A DNA stretch of 64,000 bases, taken from Takakia lepidozioides (taxonomy: Eukaryota; Plantae; Bryophyta). Location: NCBI GenBank assembly GCA_030704615.1, contig CM060732.1, forward strand, positions 6,014,001-6,078,000, read 5' to 3'. Made by a program: the position numbers and the translations under genes. Below, piece by piece: positions 51,991 to 63,100 of this stretch. Under the pieces are notes generated by a model, which did not search any database, was not told where the DNA came from, and was given only the letters and a program-made list of their open reading frames with translations. How positions within the stretch are numbered: position 1 is the first letter of the stretch; each line of letters starts with the position of its first letter.

Positions 51991-52876
51991 GTTAGACAAC
52001 TTGCAAAAAGCACGGGTGGATGGCAGTCGAGACGGAAATGCGGCACCGCATTTCTGTCTCGATTGGCATCCCCCCTTGCATGATGATCATCATTTGGGGA
52101 AAAGAGGCGGGGAGGGGGGGTGAACCTGGCGACGGAAATGCGCTGCCGCATTTCTGTCCAGACTGACACCTACCCATCACTTTATACCTGGTGGGACGGA
52201 AATGAGGTGCCGCATTTCCGTCCGGGGTCCATTGGACCATGCATTTCTACCATTGTGGATGGAAATGCGGTGCCGCATTTCCATCCTAACTGACACCTAA
52301 GCATCCTTGATACATGGTGGGACAATAATCCGGTGCCGCATTTCCGTCCGGGCTTCCATTCCACCATGCCTTTCTAATAGTCTGGACGGAAATACGGTAC
52401 CGCATTTGCGTCCAGACTTACACCTAAGAATCCCTTAATGCCTGGTGGGACGGAAATGCGGTGCCACATTTTCGTCTGGCTCTAACTGTACAATCCTTAA
52501 ATAGGTGGTCGGATGGAAATGCGGTGCCGCATTTCCGTCTAGACATTGCTTTCCTTACAGTTTGGACGGAAATGCGCCACCGTATTTTCATCCGGACTGA
52601 TAGTGGACCATCCCTTCATTTCTGGTGGGATGGAAATGTTGTGTCGCATTCCCGTCCCAGAAGACCACTTCAGTGGCGTACCTGGCAGTTGAACTGGAAT
52701 GCGGCGCCGCATTTCCGTTCGGACTGCCATTGTTCTTTTTCTTCATGACAGGTTCGTCGGAAATGCGGCATCCCATTTAGCACTGACTGCCATCCACCCT
52801 TGTATCTTTATCGTCTCTCGGGATGCGGTAGGGAGGTATCCTGATCGAACGGCCACTAATGCGGCACCGCATTCGG
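51913..52876. repeat. Second array of the GGAAATGCGG-NN-CCGCATTTCC palindrome (14 copies)
   Basis: Starts at 51913, 52034, 52134, 52198, 52261, 52324, 52388, 52452, 52515, 52568, 52632, 52695, 52759 and 52855; spacing mostly 63-64 bp. Confidence 0.93.
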
Positions 52877-53493
52877 TCTGTTGACTCGTGGAGGCTGAAA
52901 TGGCAGTTGAAGGGGTCATTGCCAGCACATGTTCGGAGGCGGCGGTGCCGGACCATTGCATCATCACTGACTTTCCGACAGACACTAGACCCTATTTCTT
53001 TGAATTCAATTTACCGACGACGCATGGACCCCCTGCCTCACGAGGAGACACGTAGGCCCCGACCTTTCGAATCCATACGGTGCATCTCCGCCGTTTGATG
53101 TCATCTTTCGCTTGTGACTCTTTCATTGCTCTAGCACCCCTTGCAACACCACTCTTCGCCTCATTTCTTCTCTTCAGTTTCTCTTATGCTACAGCCTGAT
53201 AGTGAGAAAGTTGCTGTGCCAGAGAAGAGACGTCGTCGCAAGCTCCACAAACTATACTTCGGACCGAGACCAATGCCGAAGAGGAGGCAGCTTCGCCTTC
53301 TGGAAGAGATGGTCATCACTGCGCAACAAGCGACGCGGTTGACGCAGCCTCCAGTGAGAACTCGGTGATTTCGGGATGCGGTCCCTTGATCGAGCACCGA
53401 AACCTTCTTTGCGTTGTGTTTTTTTGTTGCTTCGTGTGGCCTATTGCTAGTATACTTGAATGCATGGAAATGTTTGGATGTCTGAGTTCAAAG

Positions 53494-54725
53494 ATGGAGG
53501 TGGTGGAGGGATCAAAGGGCTCTGAAGACCCGCAGGATGAAACGGGGGGAAGCTACTGCAGCGCGCACACACCCCCGACCTTCGAGCACGGGTCCTCCTA
53601 TCAGGCCTAGCCTTGTGCTCTTCAAGGACGTGCTTTGGAAAGGTAAAGGTTTCAAGTCAAAAGCAGCAGAGAAAGAGGTACGTTTGACGATGAAGATGAT
53701 GGAAAGTCACCAACAGGGGTCGTCCCCTTCTCTAGCAAATTAAAGAGCAGGAAGCATCAGGCGGTTGTTAAGGAATATACTACCCCACTAGATCAGTCCC
53801 CTTCCCCTACGAAGAGAAGAAGCAGAAGGGGGCAGTGGAGAATCGGACGAGAACGGAGGAGTCCCCTTCCCCTGCAAAGAGTAAGAAGCAGAAGGGGGCG
53901 AAAGCAAGGACAGAGCAGTCTCCAGCAAAACCCCTTCCACGAGTTGAAGCTCCTAGTTGATCTTTCAGTGGATGAAGGTGTTGTTTATCAACATGGGGAG
54001 CTCGACTTCTCCTACCTGGAACATGACTTTTGTGACAACAGGGGAGGTATGGATGACTACATTCTCCAACATGATCTGCCCGGCTACATTCCCAAGAATA
54101 CAGGCACGGCTCTGGGTGGTCCATCTGAACAGCCCTTTTCCCCACCCCCAAAAATGTCGCGGGAGGATTTCCAGAGTGCAGCGGATCAAATGTTGGAGGA
54201 GACTCACAACAACATTGGCAGAGTTCTTAGGACCATGGTCTTCCCTTGCACACTGCAAATTCCACTATGTCGAATGGTCTCCCTCCTGATAGTGAGGCCT
54301 GCTCTCGCATGGGATGTGAATAAGATGAAGCTTGCATTCTGAGAAGGCTATAGGCTGGGGTATGCCACCTTCTATGTTTCCATTGAGAATGAGGAAGGTG
54401 AATTGCGTGGCCTGACAGCGAAAGAGTTTGCAGCCTGGGGTCCCCACTAGCACACTCGCAACACAGAATTCGAAAAAATGCTAAAGGATAATCCAGTGTT
54501 CGGTGGCCAGCCAAAATCCCCTCTACCCCCTCTTATTGGGAAAGCTGTGAAAATTGGCTCAGCAAAGAAGACACTCTTCAACCTCCCGCGGGGGCACCCG
54601 TGCATGCCAGTGGAAATGAAGGGCAGGCCGAAGTTGGAGCCAGAAACAGTGATTTTGTGTGCGAATGAGAGTTTTTTGAAGGCATTGGATGGCCGGCCGG
54701 TCGCCAAGTTGGCATACATCAATGC
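53494..54725 (+). pseudogene. N-terminal part of the MTase-element gene (possible ParB/Srx-like domain), internally deleted
   Basis: Frame 53944-54725 with two stops reads IPLCRMV..VRP..DVNKMKLAF*EGY..FYVS..WGPH*..N.EFE..L. It continues PKS..AKKTLFNLPRGHP..PVEMK.RPKLEPETV..NESFLKALDG..AKLAYI, which aligns with 2046-2255. Confidence 0.65.
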
Positions 54726-54890
54726 CATCCATCTATGCTTCTCTCCCCCAGAGAAGGTTTCATCCAACTCCCACCGGATGGAAATAGGGCGCCGCATTTC
54801 CATCCGGGGGGCTCGCGATTGGCTATCATCTTTCCCCCGGACAATATATAGTTCATCCAGAACCATGACAATGAATTTAAACTTTGGAGA

Positions 54891-55075
54891 TTCAATATGG
54901 AATTAAAAAACATTGCCCAACCTCCTTCATTGGGAGGTCCTTGTCCCCCTATGACCGTGGAACCCTATACCCTATTCCCGTGGACAATCATTTGTGAAAA
55001 AAATTCTTGCTCATGATTTTTTCGGTAGTTACGAGTCTGCTCACGGCTCATGGCTCATGAAATAGCAGCCCCCCC
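54891..55075 (+). repeat. Shared terminus of the MTase/palindrome element (copy 2)
   Basis: Homologous to 7233-7440; preceded by a single palindrome at ~54779-54801. Confidence 0.85.
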
Positions 55076-55154
55076 TCTCAAGTCTAGACCCAAAAATAAA
55101 GCTCGCAAGCACCCACGCCCAACTCCATCTCCTCCCCCTCTACTGCCCACAGTC

Positions 55155-56385
55155 ATGGAGCCCAAATTCCATGATGCCTGCAGCATCATTGACCCGCCTT
55201 CTCTAAAATTTCCTAACGCGACACTGCCCGTGGAGGACACACCTCCAATAACCGGAGCTCAAGACAACGATCACACAATGCGGGAGCCCTCTGAAGTGAC
55301 ACCACCACCTACCAACCACGACCAGCTGAGCAATGGACCAATCTCCTCCACTCACAGAGCTAAGAGAGCTTCCAGCGAGGTCAACAGTGCCGAGGACCCA
55401 TCTCCCTCAGAATCCAAGAAGTTGCGTAACCATCTACAAGACACCCACGAGTTGCAATACCAGGAAGTCAGTAGCGAGAAGCCTCTACCACACCTCTGGT
55501 ACGGTTTCCAGAACATGGAACTCTATGCTTGTGAATGCAACAGGCCCGTCATCACCGAACACCGCACCATGGAGGAGCTTCTCTCACTCGGTATCCCGCC
55601 CACGGAATGTGAGAAATGATTCACTGCAGGAAAGCTTTTCCCCACGTTCCGCAGCGACTCTATCCCGCTACCCGCCCTGACGGCCAGAGCGGTCAATTCT
55701 TACACCTTACGCAATTGCCAAGTGGTACCAGTGTCAACCCAGCAATGGGGCTTCCAGCCAATCCATACCATATCATGATTCGATTCGACACCGAGGTTGA
55801 ACTCCCACGCTCACTCATCCTCTCCCGGGCCACCCAGCGCTTTGCGGACATGGATATCAAGCTTGATAACGTACTTTACTCCCCTATATCAGTTTACTCT
55901 AAACCTGCCACTTAGATTTGGTCTGGTCTGCTAAAGTCGAGCTCCTACATCCCGAGATCGACGGCTTGGCCCTGCTCCGTGGAGACAGGGCCTTTGTTCT
56001 AGAAATCGAGCCAGGATATAAATTGCAAGGGAAGGTGGAGAAAGCGTTTGACCCCACTGCCTCAACTGACAAGCTCTCCCTGTACTTCACCGACGAGATA
56101 CTACAAGGTACCATGGGATCGCAGCTGGCTATGCATTTTATCACCGAAACCAACGACCACGACGATAATTACGAGAACCTTCACGTAACAAAGCCCAACC
56201 ACGACTCCTCCTTTGGATTCATCAACGTGGCAACGAAGGATACAAGAACAAGAATTATGGAGCTCGGGGTACGCATCGACAATGAACATCCCCTGGAATT
56301 GGTAAGTCGTCAGCTGAGTCCGATGATCCTGACATCAACTGGAAGCACAACAAGCTGCACAGCTCTAAATCAAAAGTGCAGCTAG
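55155..56385 (+). pseudogene. Degraded ~400-codon ORF of unknown family (possibly LINE ORF1-like)
   Basis: Three consecutive ORFs (55050-55619, 55616-55915, 55918-56385) in shifting frames; disordered N-terminus, then globular-looking sequence. Confidence 0.4.
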
Positions 56386-56762
56386 ATTTGGGTCTCTGAG
56401 ATTTGGATCGTAGGTTGTTCTAAGTTAGTAGCTTAGAGCCGCTATGTTTTCTCTCCTACCCTTACCTCTTTTGCTAGGCAGCGTATTCCTGCTGTCTCCT
56501 GTTTCGGCTCTGTCCCATCTTCTTAGTCTTCTTCCTGGGCCTACCTGGCCCTCGTTGCTCTCCCTCCTTGCCTTTGATTGGCTCTTTCCCGCTTTATCCC
56601 CCTTAATTTCTGCTAGTGCTGGGTGTTCCCCATGTGTTACGCTTTACGACCTTCTTGGAGGTTATTTTTTCCTCCATCTGTGCTACTTTGTCTTTCCTTA
56701 ATAAAATTTTGCCAGGGCCACTGTTCCTGTTTTAATTATATATATATATATAACTCAACTAT

Positions 56763-57003
56763 CAGTAGCTCAGTTCAGTTGGTTAGTGCATTGAGTGCCA
56801 CCCAGATGATTTTGGGGTCAAATCTTGCTACTTGACGGATGTGGTATACTCTTCTTGACAACCGCAAGGCGAAGTGGCTCTTAGTTACGCCGGCCTCGGT
56901 CGGAGTTTTCTCTCTCTCTCTTCTTGACAACCAGCATGTAGCCCAGTGGTAATGGGCACATACCACGTTGGATTGGATGTGGTTGTGGGTTCAAAACACG
57001 GTC
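56763..57003 (+). other. Two degenerate tRNA-derived (SINE-like) heads
   Basis: A-box-like TAGCTCAGTT..GG with B-box-like GGGTCAAATC (~56765-56825), and TAGCCCAGTGG with GGTTCAAAAC (~56939-56998). No intact cloverleaf. Confidence 0.4.
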
Positions 57004-57195
57004 AGGTGTGTCATGAAGGTGTCCACCTTTCAGCTGGAAGGCAGTAGCCCTTGTGGTGAAAAGACACCATAATTTACGCTCCCTTTGGGAGGGTCTATAT
57101 TTTATTTTCTCCTCCTTCCCTGGACGGTGTCCCATTCGGTTACTGTGAAAGAGGTTATTTTCTCCTCTCAATATTAAGGGGCCTGATTTTTTATT

Positions 57196-57723
57196 TGTCG
57201 TGCGCATACGTATCGCTACACAACTACATCGCTGTCCAAACCACACCACACATATATGCACAATAAAGTAGTCTGCCACAATGATAAGAAAAGCTAAAGG
57301 ACACACACTCTCAACACAAGAAATATGAAATCCATCGCTATCACTCTTTAAAATAGAAGTCGAGCCAGGGGCACCCCAAGCTATGGGGACTCCACCCCAC
57401 AACAACCTACACTCCCATCATAAGCACACTCAGATCTAAACGCATGAAGGAGCTCGGTCGCGCAGGCTCAACTCGAGAGAGATGAGCTGCGCGACTGCGC
57501 TCTCGTGAAGATAAGGCGTTTCAGGTGTCAAACTAAACTTGACACCTGACTTAACACTTGACATAAATCCAAGTGTTAAATACAAATAACTAGCTTTATT
57601 CTAGTTGTTTTCACACTGTGCTTATTTAACTTGACAGCTATTGTGCGCATACGTATCGCTACACAACTACATCGCTATCCAAACCACACCACACATATAT
57701 GCACAATAAAGTAGTCTGTCACA
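57196..57723 (-). repeat. 3' LTR of the DNMT-Gypsy element, with an 81-bp direct repeat at both ends
   Basis: TGT..ACA ends with an adjacent purine tract; 57200-57280 nearly equals 57643-57723. The partner LTR is not in the window. Confidence 0.7.
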
Positions 57724-57989
57724 ATCGCCCCCCTAGCTGGTGGGTAGGTCCCTCTACCTCCAGATAGCTACAAGATGTAATAGCCACAGCCGTACTAAGT
57801 CCTCTATCACTGTCCCTATTGCACTCAAACCCTATAGACCAAGAGGCCGGGTACAAGAGTAGCCCCATCGTTAGTCGCCGTCTTGCAATCTGTGAACTTG
57901 AGCCAGGACCTCGTGTGTTCAAGGTCTCCTAGTAGCTGGGCCTTGCGTTTCTTGTTAGCCTTCCATGGTTGTATCCACTCCCACTATCC

Positions 57990-58127
57990 AATGCGATGTG
58001 GACATAACCAATCCCCATCCGGAACCATCAAGAGGTGGAGTCAAGCATCCCATATGCCAACCTCTAGAGCATCGATCACACACCCAGCATGGTGGCTGCC
58101 CCTCTAGCAGACCCACACAACATGCAC
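57990..58127 (-). pseudogene. PHD finger at the integrase C-terminus
   Basis: Manual translation across two 1-nt frameshifts gives CMLC..MLVCDRCSRGWHMGCLTPPL..VPDGDWLCP, a C4HC3 pattern with the last Cys altered. Confidence 0.85.
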
Positions 58128-58128
58128 C

Positions 58129-60950
58129 TCAAACCTGCAGATACCACTGCCAGTTTGGGTCTATCCTGCCATCGACATTCGGAAGGTGACATGGCGCACA
58201 ATTACGCACATGGTCCTTCCAAGTTATGCCATCCTGACCCTCCAAGACGAAGACGCCTGAGGGCAAGACCTCTCGAACCCTCAAAATAACACGTCCTGCA
58301 GTCACATCCAAGGTCGTATGAGCAGTCTGCTGCAGATAGACGTAGTCACAGGGTTGAATCTCCGAACCCCAGGACGATAGCCCCCACGTATAGTAGATAC
58401 CTCAACGTATCACGGTGTTGTGCAATGGCAAGGTTCTCAAAAGCCATGGGCATGACTTTCTTGAACAACTCTGCACGCTGCTCACATGCACCGTGCCCAC
58501 ACATCTGGATCGTCAAGGTTAAGAACGGTGTAGCAGCTTCTCTGCGAATGGATGTAGGCAAATCCGGCTCTTGGCCAAAGAGAAGAAAGTATGGTGAGAA
58601 GGAGGCAAGTGATGCTTGCTTGCTGAACCTGTAGCCCATGGCTAACCAGGGTAATTGAAGGTCCCAGTCTCCTAGGTGTCCCTTCTGCAAGCCATACTTG
58701 CACAAACCCCTCTTACTGTCTGAACAACTCTCTCTGGCCAAGCCTCGGCCTCAGGATGATCCCGAGAAGTGGTGCGGTGGTCTATCAAGGCCTTGTCACA
58801 CAAAGCCTGAAACTCCCCCAAGAACTCTCTCCCTTGGTCCGTGAGTACCTCAGCTGGAGCACCGAATCGGCTAAGCACACAATCCAAGAATGCATACGCA
58901 GCTCCCTCACTAGCCTTATCAGGCAATGGAACCAATTCAATCCACTTGGAGAAGTGCTCCACCATCACCAACACGTACTTGTTGTGGCGCATGGTCAGTG
59001 GCAACGGCCCTGCGAAGTCAAGACTCCACCTGTAGCCCAATCCCATGATCGGAAGAGGGTGCAATTGTGGAGTAGGGGCGTTGAATGAAGCACGCACCCT
59101 GTCACACACCATGCACCTAGCCACAAATTGTTGCACCTCTGTGTGCATACCACGCCACCAATACTGCCCCTGCAGTAGACTATGAGTGCGTCGCACCCCA
59201 AAATGCCCCAACTCCTCATGGGCATGCCGCACTAACCGTGCCCGCTATGTTGGGTGAGGCACAATCCTCACTCGACCATCCTCCCACACTCGGAGCAGGT
59301 GTGTCCCCTCCCACTTGAACCTCTTGGCTCGTTGTAGGATCCGATCCCTCTCCTTGGCAGTCACAGTGGCTGCAGTGTCTCCAGTGCGGAGGTAGTCCAA
59401 CACAACTGAATCCTCATGTATATCTTTGGCGCCACCTTGCTCATTGCTGGCCTCAGGGTCCTCAGACACTTGATCTACAGTCATCCCTGTTGCAGGTCCA
59501 ACCTGGCCTTCCGCTGCCAAGATACACAGAAATGCAGATGCATGCCATCCGGGCACCATCTCCTCGTCCGTCTCACCATGCCACCGAGCTCCAGTGTCAT
59601 CCTGCTGGCTCGTGCATGGATTGCGACTCAACCATCTGCATTGCGATTGACCAAACCGGTCGATGCACCACCTGAAAGTCATACTCTTGAAGGATGAGTG
59701 CCCACCGTGCAAGCTTCCCCGTAAGCTTGTCTGACTCCATCAACCACTTGAGTGGTTGGTGATCCGTGACAAGGGTGAAGAGATTGCCGTATAGATAGCA
59801 CCTGAAGTGTGCCACGGCCCACACTGCAGCTAAGCATTCTCCCTCATATGAGCTATACTTAGACTCTGCAGCATTGTTCAAGCGGCTAGCATAAGCCACT
59901 ACGAACTCTCTTCCCTCATCATCCACCTGTGTGAGCACCGCTCCAAACCCCAGCATGCTCCAATCTGTATGCAGCTGAAAAGGACGCCCCCTGATAGGTC
60001 GTCTCAAGATGGGCGCCGAGGTCAACCTCGCCTTGAGCTCTTGAAAAGCTTGTTCTTGCTCATCTTCCCACTGCCACTCCTGGTCCACCTTGGTCAGCTT
60101 GGTTAGAGCCTTTGCAATGGCACTAAATCCCTTAACAAACCGTCTGTAATAGTTTGCTAACCCCATGAAAGCTCGAACTCGGCTCACATCCGTGGGGCGT
60201 GGAACCTGTGCAATGGACTCTACCTTAGTCTGCTGTACCCCAATCCTCCAGGATATATCATGTGACCCAGATACTCAATCTGGTTGTGGAAAAACTTGCA
60301 CTTGCCCGGATGTAACTTCAATCCGTGCGTCCTCAAGCGCTCAAATACCCCCTGAAGGTGTCTCTCATGCTCCTCCACCGTAGCACTAAAGATGATGATG
60401 TCATCTATGTAGCACCGAGCAAACTCCACCCTGCTAGAATCCTGTCCATGACTCTTTGAAACTCAGCGGGCGTTTTTAAGCCCAAATGGTAAGAACCGCC
60501 ACTGGTATAGGCAATCCTTCCCGTGCTCATTGATCCCCCAGAATGCCGTCTTTTGCTTATCCGCCTCCTTGATCGGCAACTGGTGATATCCGGATCGTAA
60601 ATCCAACGTGCTAAAGACCTTGGAATGCCCAATGGCATCAAAGATCTCCTCTGGTGTCGGCATGGCATACCTATCGGACTTGGTCTGACGATTTACAGGC
60701 CGGTAATCACCGCACATACGTCTCTCCGTCCAATTGCCATAGACATCCTTCTTGGCTGGCATCACTGTGGCTGAAGCATACTCTCCACCAGAGAGCTCCA
60801 CCAAACCTGCCTCCCAAGATCTTGAGTCCTCATCTGAATCAAAGACCTCTCCATGTCACTGTATCTATAGGGTCTCCGAAAGATTGGCGTGTCAGTGGCC
60901 AACTCAATACGGATCTCTTGACCCTTCAGTGCTCCCAAGTCCTTCAAACT
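58129..60950 (-). pseudogene. RT-RNase H-integrase of the DNMT-Gypsy element
   Basis: ORF fragments 60762-60947, 60463-60804, 60220-60429, 59597-60187, 59245-59712, 58672-59232, 58346-58741 and 58129-58311. Confidence 0.92.
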
Positions 60951-61379
60951 GAAGGCAAAGCAATTCCTGTAAGCCCTCAGGAACCGCCGTATACGTCGTC
61001 TCTCTCCTCCGGTGACAATGGGTCCAATGTCAGGCTCCCAATTGTCCTCCGTAACTGCAACCTTAAGTCCAATGGGCTTAGAGGTAGAGGACGCGTCCCG
61101 TGGTTGCTATGCTGCAACCTCTTGAGCAGTACTCCCTGCCTGCTCAGTCAATGACAAGGCCTCATCCTACCCATCATCTCATCCTTGAGGACCTCCTCAA
61201 CCCGAGAAGAATCCCAACCTCATCCATCACAGCTGCCTTGGCTGCCAACTCCCTCTGAACCTCGAGCACCTCCCATGTGTGTCATGGATGTCTACACCCC
61301 GTGGTCCTCACCGGCTCGCCCCCACTCGCTGCCTGTACCGTCTCGGTAGGCAGAGAGACCGTCAAGGAAGTGCACTCCG

Positions 61380-62340
61380 CACTCTACGTTGCTCAGCCAT
61401 AGCCAAGCTGATAATCCAGGTCAAGCAATTGAGATCCATTGCTTGCCCCAACACCTGACGACGTGATGCCTCAGAAAGAGAAGGCACCGCCGTGGTCCCC
61501 GTGGAAAATCCCATAGCCCGCTCTCGCTCGTCGGCATTAGGCTCCACTAACTGTTGCAACTGGCTATCCACAAGAGGCCAGGTCCACCATCCGAAAAGCA
61601 TGGGATCCTGGGAAGCTGAGCAGTGTAGGTAATGCTGCTCGTGGTTGACCCACCCTGTTGACCACTGCCAAAGGCAACGGTCATCGTGTCTAACACGTTG
61701 AGACTGCCTCCCTGTGTCCAAAATGCCATCCACGGTGAGGTGTGCTGGCCGCTGCACCCCATCAAATGCACGCTTGAGCAGTGCGGGTGGCATCAAGTTA
61801 GTCCACCAAAGCCGTGGACGATGAGCCCGTGACCCCACTGCAGCTGCATCCAGCAACACTGCTGACCCAAGCCACGACCGGACTTGATGCACACTGGCCA
61901 TCACCCTGGCCGAGAATCACCCATCAGTGGCACATTCTCCAAGAAATATGCTGGAGATACAGCTTGATGAAGCTGCAAGTGGCGCAAAACCGCACCATCT
62001 CCCAAAACAGACCCGTCCTCGAGTCTCGCAATCCATTGCCATGCCGGTTGATGAATGCCCTTGGCAGGGCCAACCTGCCACTACCAGATCAATGGAGCCA
62101 ACCTGCTCCAAATCCGGCGCCCCAGCAGCAACAAATGTCTGCTGGCAAGGCTTGTTGGTATCCACGAACTGCAGACACTGGCAACAAAGCAGGGTACTGC
62201 TGTACCAACTGAGCAACATGGCGCAGTGAGACGCGTCGTGCAGTCTCATCCCTCTCCACATACAGGTAACGCCTTACCCGCACACCTGCCTGTAGCACAG
62301 CAGCCAATCCGGTGCTGATCCCGCCAAACAAGTCCAGAAG
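61380..62340 (-). pseudogene. C5 cytosine DNA methyltransferase domain within pol
   Basis: Motif I LLDLFGGIST (62340-62311), II YLYVE, IV DLVVAGWPCQG (62090-62058), V LRDSRTGLFWEMVR, VI YFLENV (ENV 61939-61931), VIII HRPRLWW, IX/X ERERAMGF..RRQVLGQAM; several frameshifts. Confidence 0.93.
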
Positions 62341-62779
62341 GCAATGCCTTCATCCGGATACTGCCATACAATAGGTGTGGTATCCAATGGTGACAACTGA
62401 GGTGGTCCTGGTGCAATACCCGCACTCTCCTCCTCTCCTGACGGTACAAAAGCCTCTACCCAGGCTTGTTGCACCCGTCGATCAGCAAACCTGCTGCAAA
62501 TCCTTGCTCGTACCCCACAATGGAGTGTGAGCAACCATGGCAGCAACTCCGCCATACCATGCATGTCATCCTGCTCTGCTGGAGGTGGCACATCCTCTGC
62601 ATGGGCATTGCCTTCCAGCAACTCTCCAGGCCAACTAACTGCAGATATAAAGGCGGCTAGTGTTGGCATCTTGCCCCGTTGGGCAGCCGCAATACCCCCA
62701 ATGAATGTCACAGGGAGCTGTGCACGACGACCATCCCCTGACTGCCATCCAGGCCTGTAGAATGTTGACTCCTCCCAAA

Positions 62780-63100
62780 AGTCCAGGGTGAAGCCTATGG
62801 GGTATAACACTGCCCCACCAACGAGGACATCGTAAGAGACCGCGTCTGTCACAATGGCCTTGGCTTGCATTACTGAGCCATCGATAGGATGATCCGCTGC
62901 AGTCTAATGGCCAACTGATGCCGTGTCATGCCCCGAGCCTGCTCTGATCCTCCCAGAGATGTCTGTATCTGGAAAGGACAAGACTCCATATCCGCCTCCA
63001 TGAGGCCGAAACCTGCAATAGTAGCTCTGCCCAACATCAGTGGCTGAGCTCCCGAGTCCAACAAGACCCGCAGTGGCCGGTACTTCTTGCCTGCCGGTCC
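62780..63100 (-). pseudogene. Retroviral-type aspartic protease of the DNMT-Gypsy element
   Basis: RVLLDSGAQPLMLG ... SYDVLVGG (DSG catalytic motif and D.L.G motif). Confidence 0.8.

Noticed and set aside
52193-52540. Apparent compensatory changes in palindrome arms (GACGG/CCGTC vs GATGG/CCATC) suggesting a conserved RNA hairpin
   Set aside because: Both changes are CpG deaminations (CG to TG or CA) and can arise without selection for pairing.
52034-52876. CRISPR-like look (palindromic repeat plus ~41-bp spacers), also at 4048-5029
   Set aside because: Spacers are related to each other (116- and ~127-bp higher-order units), repeats are degenerate, there are no cas genes, and the context is eukaryotic.
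56936-57003. Functional tRNA gene
   Set aside because: Only A/B-box-like motifs are present; the acceptor and anticodon stems do not form convincingly.
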